Shown: positions 11,238 through 27,213 of the stretch, piece after piece | Position numbering within the stretch: the stretch's first letter is position 1 | Layout of the letters: every line of letters starts with the position of its first letter | From: Trichinella spiralis | Taxonomy: Eukaryota | NCBI RefSeq assembly: GCF_000181795.1 | Contig: NW_003526945.1 | Location: forward strand, 5,675,503-5,717,308 | DNA length: 41,806 nt | Reading direction: 5' to 3' | Program-made: the position numbers and the translations under genes | Notes under the pieces: model-generated | Told to the model about the DNA's origin: nothing | Databases searched by the model: none | The model's input: the letters and a program-made list of their open reading frames with translations, nothing else

Positions 11238-14200
11238 TTACCATTTTAATGTAAGTGTATGCCATCGCGTAATCTTTTTCCCAGGATTACAAAGCAACTC
11301 TCGCCAATGCTGCTGACTACTGGCTGTTGATCCAATGCTGAGCAGCACGTGACCAATTTCATCCATAACTTTAGGGCTGCATACATCAGACACCTATAAC
11401 GAAAGTACAATAAAATTCAGTTTTCTGAATTTGTTTTCAATGAAAAATTAATTGTTCAATTTTTTTCAGTCAATTTCAAAGTGAACAATTTTAACGTCAG
11501 TGAGAGCTTTAGCTCAGAGTTTCAAGTTGAGCTTGAAGTTTTTGGAAAAGTGAACATATGTTTCATAGAGATAAGCTTGCCGCGATTGACTGCTTCAAAT
11601 TTTGATTTATAGTTCGCCCAAAATCAGATCAAGCATAACGTAATTGCAGCTGAAACAGTGAGCATATTAGTCAATCAGTTTGATTTATTACCCTTATCTA
11701 AATTGGAATGTAGATTTAACGCGCAATTTGTTAGCATAAACAAAGCAGTGAGCGCCTTTGTTGTTAACTGCTGTAAGAATCTTATGCAGTAACATTGTCA
11801 ATTATTCAACTAATCAGCTATTTAAACTTTTTCTAGACTATTATTCTTTATAACTATATGAGAAACAAAAAACAAATGTATGCATTATCAGATTATGCAA
11901 ATAAAGAGATGATAGCACTGTTTCTTTAGCATAAAATTGTGTGCATAAAAGTTTAAGCTGTAAATTCATCTTTTAATATCATATATATGATGTGATATTG
12001 CATTATTTGTATTTCGAATGCATATTATTTTGTATATGATGCTAATTGATATATGCCTGTGATGAGCAGATTTCTGACATTCGCTTGCTAAATGGTCGGC
12101 GCGTTTCTTTTAGATTTCAATACTGAATTAGAAATACTGAGATGATGTATAATTGAATAACACTGCTAGATTGAATTCACACTGCAGTGTTATAGCAAAT
12201 GTTTATGCTTCTTCAAAATGAATTGAAAAGTTTCATATTTGCTATGATGAATTTGGTATTTGAACTTTATACAAACATGAAGTTAAACGTGATGAAGAAA
12301 ATCATATTTCAAAGAAATGATAAAATTGAAAGTATTTTTTATAAAAGATTATTATTCATTTATGAAAAAGTGAGAAAGTAAAAGCTGGCATACTTCAGAT
12401 ATTATGTCATTGTAATTTTAAATTTAAAGTTAAAAATTTTAAGCGAATCTATGCAAAGCTTACAGCAACAATTATCTGCGTCTCGTCAAGTTTGCCTTGA
12501 GGAACAAAGAATGCAAAAGCATCATTGAAAATTGGATCCGTTGTTTGACGCTTCATGGCACCGGTACGTTTATCAATTAGCTGTCCATTTCTTACCATCC
12601 AAACGGTGACGAACGAATCTGCAAACAAAGTATCAGAATTATCCGTCTTGAATGAAGCAGATGTTTGGGATTATTATTATCAGTTTTACTAATTAATGAC
12701 GTTTCATTGCAGCGGATAAGATTTTTTGCTCGTGAAATTGTCACACCCAAATGCTGTCGTTCCGGTAAGTAGAAAAGTGTGATAAGAATTTCGCCTCTTG
12801 ATTCCTAAAATAGATTAAAATGCGCAACGTTTTGACGAATCTTAGAGATAACAGTCTGAATGATCCAAAGTAAAGAGGTAAGAAGAAGATTGCAAATTTG
12901 TCCATTCTTGTATTCTTATTATCAGAGATGAATGAATCAATATTTTACACAAGTGTCATGATCTTTAATTTCTTTTCTCATTTTCCAGATTAATATCAAA
13001 ATTCAGAAAAATTAACAATGCTTACTTGCACTGATTTTACATATTTTGACTTGTCCCAAGTTTCAGAATTGGTGAAATGATTAAAATAGATTGATTTTTG
13101 ACCGATGTGCATTCGTCGCATGGGAAACAGAATATCCGTTATTGGGTCATTGTGGCCTGCTTCCAAATGTCTGCTGAAATTGTCCGTACCAACTCGACCG
13201 TGATGAATTCGATATGGCTTTCCTAAAAGAATAAAAATGTATATGCATATATATGCATCCGTTTTTCTTGTGCATCATTTTGGCCTGTGTGTATTTACTT
13301 TTCGATTCAGTTTTCTCATATTACAAAGGGTAATAATTGGAAATTGTTTCAACAAAGGTAAATTGTCATTTCTCATTTTCAACAAAATATCTCAAGCTCG
13401 AGCAATGCTTGAAATTTAAGCTAAAAAAGCTGGACTTGAATTACCGCTGCGATTATGCTTTCTTTTACTTTTTTAAGCAAAATTACACATGCTGAATACA
13501 GATGATGCAAGCAATAATCAAATGCGGAACAATACCACGTAATCGATATTTTATTTTGAAAAATTAAAATTTTTATTTCAATCAACTAATGTATTTAGCT
13601 TAAAACAATAAGCCGTAAAGAGTGAGTGACAAGTGATAAGTTTATTTACTGAACTTGAATTATTTTTTTCTTGCAATGAAAAGTACTGTAAATAAATTTC
13701 ATTTTATTGATAACTTTAATATATCGATTTCAATAATTCACTATATATATACATTAACATTGGCTGCAAAATGTTATTCAAGTGCGACAAATTACTTTGT
13801 AAAAATATTTTTATTTTGTGTGATTTTTAGGCAAGCAAAGAATTAAATAACTTGATTGCATATTATTTCCAGGCTAATTTTTAAAAACAAACTTTTAATA
13901 CTGCTGCCGGTGAAAATATCAGTTTAGTTTATGCCGATATTTCTATTCGACAAATTCACCTCATATTGATTAATGGAAAATAACTTCAAGAAAAAGCAGT
14001 CTGCTATGAAATGAGAGTGTCATAAATGCATCTACTTCATCCGCATTCTGAATATAGCTGAGATAAAAGCGTGAAGAATTTCGCAAACGACAATTCGACT
14101 AGAAAACTACTTCAGCATTCCTTTGTCCAATATAATTATTTTCAGCATTAATAGCATTGCTATTTGTTTGCTTGCTGAACTTTCACTTTTGCCAATGATC

Positions 14201-16762
14201 AGGTGGCAGATGGCCACTTGAAAAAATCACATGCACAAAACTTTCATTCTTTGAAAAATGGCGTTCTGTTATCGATAAAGGAAATGAACATTTTTCAAGC
14301 ATCGAGCTTGGTATTAAATTTGCTTTGAAAAAAATACCTTTCGTCATTTTCAGATAACAGTTTATAATGTATAATGTAATGTAAGTGTAAGGCTTTCGAT
14401 TATGTGATGGGAGTATTCAGTAAAAGAATCAGTGCTCAACTGAACCCATTCATGTAAATGTTTTTAGAAATTTGGAAAAATTATCATATATCCTGCTAAA
14501 TAGTGAAATTTGCATTAATTTTTGCAATAATAAATTTTACTTATTATTATTCATACTATGATATATTAACAGTCTTTTTAGTTGCTTTTCAAAAACATTT
14601 TATCTGATCATTAACATATTTTGCTTGCAGAGCTGCCATTAGTGATCTGAGAAATAATTTTTCTTTGCTCACATTGTCAAATTTACTTATTAATTACTAT
14701 TAACCACTAGAAGTTATGAAATTAATAGTTTAAAAAAATTCAAAAAGAAGATAAAATCAGTGAAAGTGAATGTAGTTAAATGACACTGCCTGTTTTCAGT
14801 AATTGCTATGACCGCAGCAAATAGCGCAATATTTATTATGTGGACAATGGTGATGGTTGATTAGTCACTTTGTTAGATAAATCTTTAAATTACCATTCGT
14901 TTGGCCTCAGGCATTGTCTAGTTGTTTAAATAATCTTCTAACTGCTGACTTCCAGCTACACTGGCAAAGACTTTCTTAATGCTGACTTCCGTTCTAGGGA
15001 CTCAAAATGCTTTCCTGTGTAAACATTTAATCAATAATGTACGATACGTTGCCATAATTCTACTCGCTTATGGATATTTTAAATAATTTAACTTCGGATT
15101 ATCAAACCTTTGTCAAAATCAATGGCAAACTTGCTTTCCATCCTTAATTACAATATTCAACATTCTTTCAACTAATGCCCTCACCAATTCGATGAATTGA
15201 GTAAATTTAGTACTGGACTTTCTCATGTTTCAATGTTTGGACGTTAGCATTTTTGGTCAAATAAGCACTGGTGATCAGCATTGTATGAAAAAGCAATTTG
15301 TTTTCTTTTAATAACTGCTCCAATTTATTTCCATACAATAATTTATTTATTTATTCATATATCATATTAGACTTATATTTAAATATAATTTCAAAGAAAT
15401 ATTGAGAAAGATCACACTGAACATGCTGTAGCAGTTAAAAAAAATCAGTTTAAAGAGAAATGAGAGATATTTTTCAAAACTGTTTGGTGCAATTTAAGTA
15501 ACATTCACTCACTAACACAAGAATATGCAGAACAAGATGAATGATGAATTTAATTTACAGAAAAAAGTAATAATGCTTTCCATCTTTTCCCTTTATTTGC
15601 CAGTAATTCAAAACAAGTTGATTTGGGAATTATGCATGCTTGCGTTAATAATTCTGCCGAGATGATATTAATCTCATATTTGCTCAAGTCCAATTAAACT
15701 AATTATTACAAATATTTTGCTGTGAGCAAAACGCTGCTTCATTTGCTACTTTTAAAAGTAGAAATTAAAAGAAAAGTACTTGCATGAATATATCGGTCAG
15801 TTTTTCAATTCATGTAATAGACTTCCTTTGAAGACTTTTGTTACATAATGCAATTAATTAACATACGGATAGATAGTGCATTGACATGTAGCACAATTAG
15901 TCACTTGCTTTTTAGTAGTTGCTCATTTACTTAGAATTATCATATCATATTTTTAAAACAGTCTGCTATTGAACAAAATTAATATTATGCTAAGAATATA
16001 TATATATATACATATGCATATGCATTATGTATATATGTAATGTATACACTCACATAACGCTCAAAAGGATACAGGCGTGATGACACAAAATCGAATGCCA
16101 TTTCCCAACACAGGATAATTGCCATCAGCGGTCTACTTGCTTCGTGAATAGAACAATTTCCCGTCTATCATCCTACCAGCGTGTACGCTACTGCAATTCC
16201 CATCCAATTTTGTTTGTCTAATTAAATTATATGAGTATGCTTAATGGATATGGGAAATTGAGAAATTTTTGAACCAAGCAGTAATATTCAATTGCCCATT
16301 TTGTATTTATCATCAGACAATTTTACCTTTCATTAGCTGCATCAAAAGCATATTTTGCAGAATATTAACTTTTTCTAAACATTTATCAGAATGAATATTT
16401 GTTTTTTTTATTAATTTACTTAATAATCTTTAATAACCTTAAAAATATAAGAATGGGCCCGTTCTTCTTAGCGCATTGTCAAATTCTTCATCTTCAGCAA
16501 GAAAACACATTATCAGGCAATATAATAAATATAACTATTGCGGTTGAATTTTGCAAAAGATATATGAAGCAAAATATATCAACCATTAGTGTTTACCTGT
16601 TGGAGTTGTGTGACTACGTGCTCGAATAGAAGGTGGTGCAATGAGACCTCGACTTTCATTAGCAGATCTACTGCGGTTGACGTGCTTTTTAATTGTTGCT
16701 GAATGCGCTTTCCTAGATCCAGCTTTGTTTTGTAGCCATCCGTGCACGAGCAATGATTCCAT
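11238..16762 (-). CDS. Synaptotagmin-like C2-domain protein (C2B-type domain with C-terminal WHxL motif), ~262 aa as modelled
   Basis: Not in the ORF track. Exons 12690-12804 (ESRGEILITLFYLPERQHLGVTISRAKNL), 12464-12618 (SFVTVWMVRNGQLIDKRTGAMKRQTTDPIFNDAFAFFVPQGKLDETQIIVA) and 11238-11393 (VSDVCSPKVMDEIGHVLL..HWRELLCNPGKKITRWHTL) splice in frame. Upstream exons 13026-13222 and 16597-16762 (ATG) are phase-compatible but less certain. Confidence 0.82.
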
Positions 16763-17464
16763 TGTTCAAATAATAGCAGAGAAATATGAACAGTACATCA
16801 AATGAAGTAGCTAATGAGAGAAAATATGAAGTTTCCAGATCTGGTCACTTGACTTTATTATTGATGATGATAGTGACAGGCGAGCAACGTTGAAAAGGGA
16901 TATAATGATTGGTGAGCGGTACCGCAGCGCCGTTAGCAATTTGATCAATGTCGGTATGCTGACGTGGATTAGCATCAATTAAAAGCTATTAGTGAGTTGC
17001 TAGAAAATTCGAAGTCCTTACGGAATTCAGATGCTCTCTTTAGAGCGAGCTTCCTTTCTTGGATTCATATAGCCTTATATGAAGCCAACTGTGCTTTTTA
17101 ACGCACGATCTTATGCTAAATGCAGTCCTTTTAGGCAGTAATTGCTCAAATTGTAAACACGACAAACCTCTTTTATCACACTGTTTACGCTACTTATGAG
17201 AAGTGCGTATTTCCTCAAGTTCTATTTATGGTATATTTATCAGTACCACAAAGGCTTCATATTCTTAATACGTGAACTGTAAACTTGTTAATTATACTTA
17301 AAATAAAAACAAAACATGAAAAATGCAATGGCAGCCTAAAATTCAATTGGTTATTGATAATATTGGCATTCGAAATCGACTATCATAGGCAGGGAAACAG
17401 ATTTTTAACTAAAAAGTAGCTAAGTCTTGAACATTAAGTTGAAGCTTTTAAGTTATTACGTAAA

Positions 17465-18159
17465 ATGCCCGGAATGATGGTTTTAATTGCTGGATCAAAA
17501 TGTAAGAAAACACTGCATTGCTAAATCCATTCAAAGATATAAAACGGCTGCACTACTTGAAGCAACAAAATGTGAGTTATTTTCAAGTGAGTTTGCTGAT
17601 TCGTTTCTATATGCACTGTTTTCTAGGTGAAATGGATTAAAACTACCGTAAAATGCTACATTTCAAAATTTTTCGGTTTATTCTGATCCTTTGAATTATT
17701 TAAATATAACTTTTTAGTTAAAAATGTAAATTATGGCAAATAAATGGAAAATAATAGCCAACATTTTCAACTGAATTTTGCAATTGCTTAGCCAGCAGTT
17801 TGATCAGCTGTTTAAGCCATCAAGATGTTTTGACAAAAAGCCTTCTCCAAATTCTTTCATGTGAAGTTAAATCATTTTTCATAATTGGTACTTTCACATT
17901 TTTGCCAATGTTTGCATTCACTTTAGTGACCGCTTAAAAATGTTAAGCACGCTTGTCAAAATGGTAAACATCATTATCTAATTTACATAATAAGCCTCAC
18001 GCACTGAAATTATTGCTATATTTTATATTTGCACAGTCAAATTTTTTGTACTGTCCATTTTTAATTATGGATAACTCAGCAAAGAAATCTGATCTTCAAA
18101 TCTTAATAGCTATTATGTTAGGACTGTTGTTGCTAATTTTTGTTTGTCAATATAACTAA
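17465..18159 (+). CDS. Putative small spliced protein with C-terminal TM helix (tail-anchored); model tentative
   Basis: Terminal exon 18037-18159 follows a good acceptor (tttatatttgcacAG) and ends ..KKSDLQILIAIMLGLLLLIFVCQYN*. In-frame upstream mini-exons at 17927-17963, ~17792/17796-17860, 17627-17647, 17537-17571 and 17465-17501. AATAAA near 18222. No homology recognised. Confidence 0.3.
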
Positions 18160-19146
18160 GATGAATTGTTATGTTTATACTATTTCTGATAAGGTTTTAT
18201 GAAATTGCCATTTATATGTGAAATAAACACGCGTGAAAAATATTGCTTGGTTGGAAATAAGAATCAAAATTGATGTACTTTACCACTTCGCGTCTTATTT
18301 TCTGATTAGTAAACAAAGCAAGTTACTTAAGCAAATTTCTGAATGATGTTTTTAGTTTCATTTTATAAACAACATGTGCAGTTTTTAAATTAATAAAATA
18401 CATATGTTTGTTTTTAGATATGCATAAAATAAAAACACATTTTACTAGTTGTTCAAATCAGAATTTTTGCTCAAGAAGCTTTATCGTTTGAAAAGCATTA
18501 GATAATAAACAATGTGTACTTTTTTACAAAGCTATTAAAGCTAGAAATAAAATTGGTCTTCATCCATTTGTATTTATTTTAACAAAAACAATTGCAGTAC
18601 ATTCAAATGGCGTACGATCGATTCATACTTTGAAAAATTAGAAAATCTAACCTGCCGTGTAATTAGCATTCTGTGAGGGCAGGTGTGAATATGAACTGAA
18701 AAAAGTAATTTCAGCAAATATTAAGATCTGTGTTTTGAATGTTGACTTTTACTATTTTTAAAATGTAAAACTGTTCGTCATCTGTTTCAATTTGGATCAA
18801 CATCTGCTAATTAGTTGAAGAAAAACAACAATCAATGAATATTTTTATTAATTATATTTATTTTGAATGAATATCAAATTCAACGAATCACCAAACATTA
18901 AAAGAAAAGAACACAATACATTGACATTAATATTAAACAATGATTTTTGACATGAAATAATGATTTTTGAAATTGAATATAAATTGATTCAATGATAAGG
19001 AAAATAGCTTTCCCATTGGTAAAATTAAAACTGCCATTACAGCAGTGATCAGTAACTGAAAAATTATAATTGAACATTAATATAAAATTGTAAATGATGC
19101 ATTGGTAAGTAACAATTCCATTGTAAAACATATTCCATTACTGGAA

Positions 19147-19758
19147 TTAACGACGACGCATGTTGCGGGTTGGAACTTGGTTGTGGTTCTGCCTTGCCTG
19201 TGATGTATTGCCAACAAATCTGGAGTTGTTCCGCCGCATGTTTGGCGGTGCCAGGCGATTGCTGAAAGTACCGTTGTGAACTGCCAGTTCCGCCAACTGC
19301 AGCTTTTTGATTGTGTCCTGCCCATCAAGTGGAATTTTTATCAATTCCGTAATTCGTTTTTTCGCTTCTCCGATTCTCCAATCGGCAACATTTTCATAAT
19401 CCATTGTATAAATATGTATGCGCACCATCTCTGGACCTTCACGATACAAAACAACTTTACATCCAGTAGTCCTTTGAATAGATTTCACCGTACTACCACG
19501 AGGGCCGATTATTCTCAGATAGACGTCAAAGGGACATCCATTAGTCGGAATAAACACTATGAAGCGTTTTTCTGTTATTTCTCCAGTTGGTGGTGGTGGA
19601 GTAGGGACGTTGGCAAACATTGGCAGCATGAATGTGTTTCTAATGTGGCGTTGCAAAATAGCCTTTTTCACCTCTTCGGACTCTTGACTTTGAAGTACTT
19701 CAAGCAAACGTTCATTTCGCTTGAACACTTCTTCGTACGAGTTTCGTTGGGAATTCAT
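19147..19758 (-). CDS. Divergent STAR-family (GLD-1/ASD-2/Quaking-like) KH RNA-binding protein, intronless CDS, 203 aa
   Basis: KH GxxG loop RIIGPRGSTVKSIQRTTGCKV; QUA2-like GQDTIKKLQLAELAVHNGTF; weak QUA1-like ERLLEVL; an in-frame stop lies upstream of the ATG. Confidence 0.85.
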   Translation of the reverse strand: MNSQRNSYEEVFKRNERLLEVLQSQESEEVKKAILQRHIRNTFMLPMFANVPTPPPPTGEITEKRFIVFIPTNGCPFDVYLRIIGPRGSTVKSIQRTTGCKVVLYREGPEMVRIHIYTMDYENVADWRIGEAKKRITELIKIPLDGQDTIKKLQLAELAVHNGTFSNRLAPPNMRRNNSRFVGNTSQARQNHNQVPTRNMRRR

Positions 19759-20764
19759 TTCTGGTCGTGGTCACAAGCTGCTGGGTGGTGACTTAAAACC
19801 GTTCAGTGCAATAAACTGATTGTCTGTTCTGTCCCACTGTACCAAAATTTAAACTTTTTTTACTTTCTGCTTGCTTCGCTTTATTTTAAAGTTTAAACAA
19901 AGTCACTTTAAAATTTAATTTTAAACTACAGTCGTCATAAACAATTTTTTCAATATAGCTGTTACTTATTAAATTATTTCTGTGCTTTTATTTATAAATC
20001 TATTCCATTCGTCAAAAGAAATAGTATATTGTAGTTGTACAGAATGTGGGCACAATGCAACAAAGTAGTGCAATGCAGAGTAGTGTTACTGTGTTTTCCA
20101 TTCGCAAATCAGATAGTGTTAACTGTATACTAACTTAACTAATCTCTTTCGGAATTACATTCCAGTAGATAATTATCTAAAAAATCAGTGAACAAAAGTC
20201 ACATTTAACATACTGCAGTATACAGTTTGCAAACACTTCAGAAGAAGATAATGTATGAAATTTCAAACGACCAACATGTGCTAATTCAAAATATACAAAT
20301 AATCAGAAAGAATAGAAAAAAAAGAAATATAAGTGCAAACATAACAGTAGTGTCTTCATTTTATTTTATTAATTTACTGCAATATTATTCACACAATTCC
20401 ACAAAACTGTCTTTTTCATTATTCTGCTATTTGCCAGTACAGTTGAACGAAAGAAGTTTTTTTTTGAAACTGTTGCACTATTAAAGAAAAGAGTTTACAA
20501 TGTTTATAATGGGATATGAAATATTTTCTGCAATTTTTACAATAACAGAATTCCGTTATAAAGTGGCAACTTAACTGAACTTCACCATAGTTTTCTCTCA
20601 ATAAGAATCAAAGTTTTTACAGTACAAAAAAAATATATATATCTGTGGACTCAAAACAATGTGTTTCTGACAATCAAATTACAGAACTGCACATCTAGGC
20701 GGTGGTTCAACGCTTAGTCGAAATGTATCGATTTCGCGACTCGTTTATAAGTCCATGTGTGTAT

Positions 20765-20833
20765 CTGTAAATAAAATGCAATAAAATGAAATGAAATAAA
20801 ATAAAATAAAATATAATATATAATAATACTCAC
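20765..20833 (-). other. Probable 69-nt intron in the rpb-2 3' UTR
   Basis: GTGAGT donor 7 nt after the TGA, a T-rich body ((ATTTT/ATTTC)n) and a TTTACAG acceptor, followed by GC-richer exon-like sequence. Confidence 0.6.
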
Positions 20834-20840
20834 AAGAAGT

Positions 20841-25549
<4,709 letters not shown>

Positions 25550-27213
25550 TTTTTAATGACAATTTTTAATCAGATACCAATTAATAATTCAAATAATACA
25601 ACTGCTCTCGAACGAGACAAATACAAAACCAAACAAGAAAAACATGTACCATTGAGTATTACTGTAATACCGTATAATGAATTTGTAAGTAACCTAAAAA
25701 AATCAACAAAGAATACATTTATAATTTTCCAAACTAAAAATGAATGCTCTTTAATTAAATTAAATATTTCATTGTCTGAATTTTATACAATTTTAAAATA
25801 GCAAAATAGCTATGAAAAATCAGTTTTTGTTTGCAGATACACTATAATTGGAAAAGGGAATGCAATTTTGTTCACCATTCATTATGTGATTTATATGAAA
25901 AGTTTCATCGATATTGCCAACTTCATGCGTTTCTGTAAAAATAAAGCATATTAAATGTATTTACTGTAAATAAAACCAATTTCCAAAGTTCCACACGTGA
26001 TCAAGCTTTTGTAAAATATTTTACAAGAGCTTTTCACATAAAAGATAAATAAATTGCTATTATTTCGAAATATGAAAATATTGCAGTTTTTCAGCCTTCA
26101 GTGGGGGAGGATCATCTGGGTCATCAGGCATCAAACTACTTTTTTCACGTCTGCAAAAATGCGTACAGAATCTATGTGCAGAAACAATGCAATGGAGTTT
26201 CTTTCTCATCTAACTTTGGCTTAAGCTTTTGCAACTTATATATCCAGTAGTATAAATACTGGATATGATTACAAATTAAAACTTATAGCTTTGCAGTTGC
26301 TTCATTTATTCGTGTAACTTTTGCATGGCGTGCATAACTGTTCAGTGTAATGCCATTTACAGTACCATGCATAACAGTTTTGATTTTTATTGTTTTATTG
26401 TTTATATTGATTAAGAAATGCAATAACTGAATTTCGTATTCATCATTGGTTGCGTTTTACAGTATGTGATAAGCAAGTGTTATGTTTATTGTAGTTATTT
26501 AATTCAGCGCAGTGAATAATATTTAATTTAAATTGATTGTTTTTATAAGATTAATAATTAAAAATCAAACTTTTTTCAAAAAGAACACAACTTTTTTTGT
26601 TTTTTACGTTTTGTGTTTACATCTTTACTTTGTGTTGTGTGTACATCATGTATGTTTTGCTTACTAATGTTTTTCGATTGTTAAATAATTAATATAATAG
26701 TGACAGTTTGTTCTAGTTGAATTCCTTAAAATTTGAAATTGCTTGTGAAAAGTAAAAATTAAAAATTTTATGGTTCAAATTTATAAAACAATGATAATTT
26801 TATTCATTGATGTACATGCATAGCTTTAAGTAACAAGAATTTTATATTTTGAAAAACTTTGAACGTTTTACACTTTGTTACTGTTTAAAAATAATAATTA
26901 AATTTTATTTTCATTTGTTAGTTTTTTAATTTTAACTTTCTTATCCAGTATATACTTCGTGTAAATTTTAAAATGTTCTAATTGTGAACAATGCGTTTGT
27001 ACATTCGTATTTAAAGCGTTATGATATTTGCTATATTTATCAGATTTAGAATTTCAGAATGACTTGCGTTTTTCAACTAAACAAATCAATAAAGAAATTA
27101 TTATTTCTTTTGAAAATTCGTCTTATTGTAACCGAGCTGATATGCATTTGAATGCGTGTCAATCGCGTCACCATCTCATTGTGTAAAATAAAATTTGTTT
27201 TTAGCTCATTATC
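25550..27213. promoter_or_regulatory. Divergent (head-to-head) intergenic region between rpb-2 and msh-2
   Basis: The start codons point away from each other 1.66 kb apart. TTTTAG ends at 27204, 9 nt before the msh-2 ATG, and resembles a trans-splice or UTR acceptor. Confidence 0.55.

Noticed and set aside
12157..12193. Inverted repeat ATAACACTGC/GCAGTGTTAT containing a miR-200a/141-like seed (TAACACTG)
   Set aside because: The stem is only 10 bp with a 17-nt loop, too short for a pre-miRNA, and the rest does not match the mature sequence.
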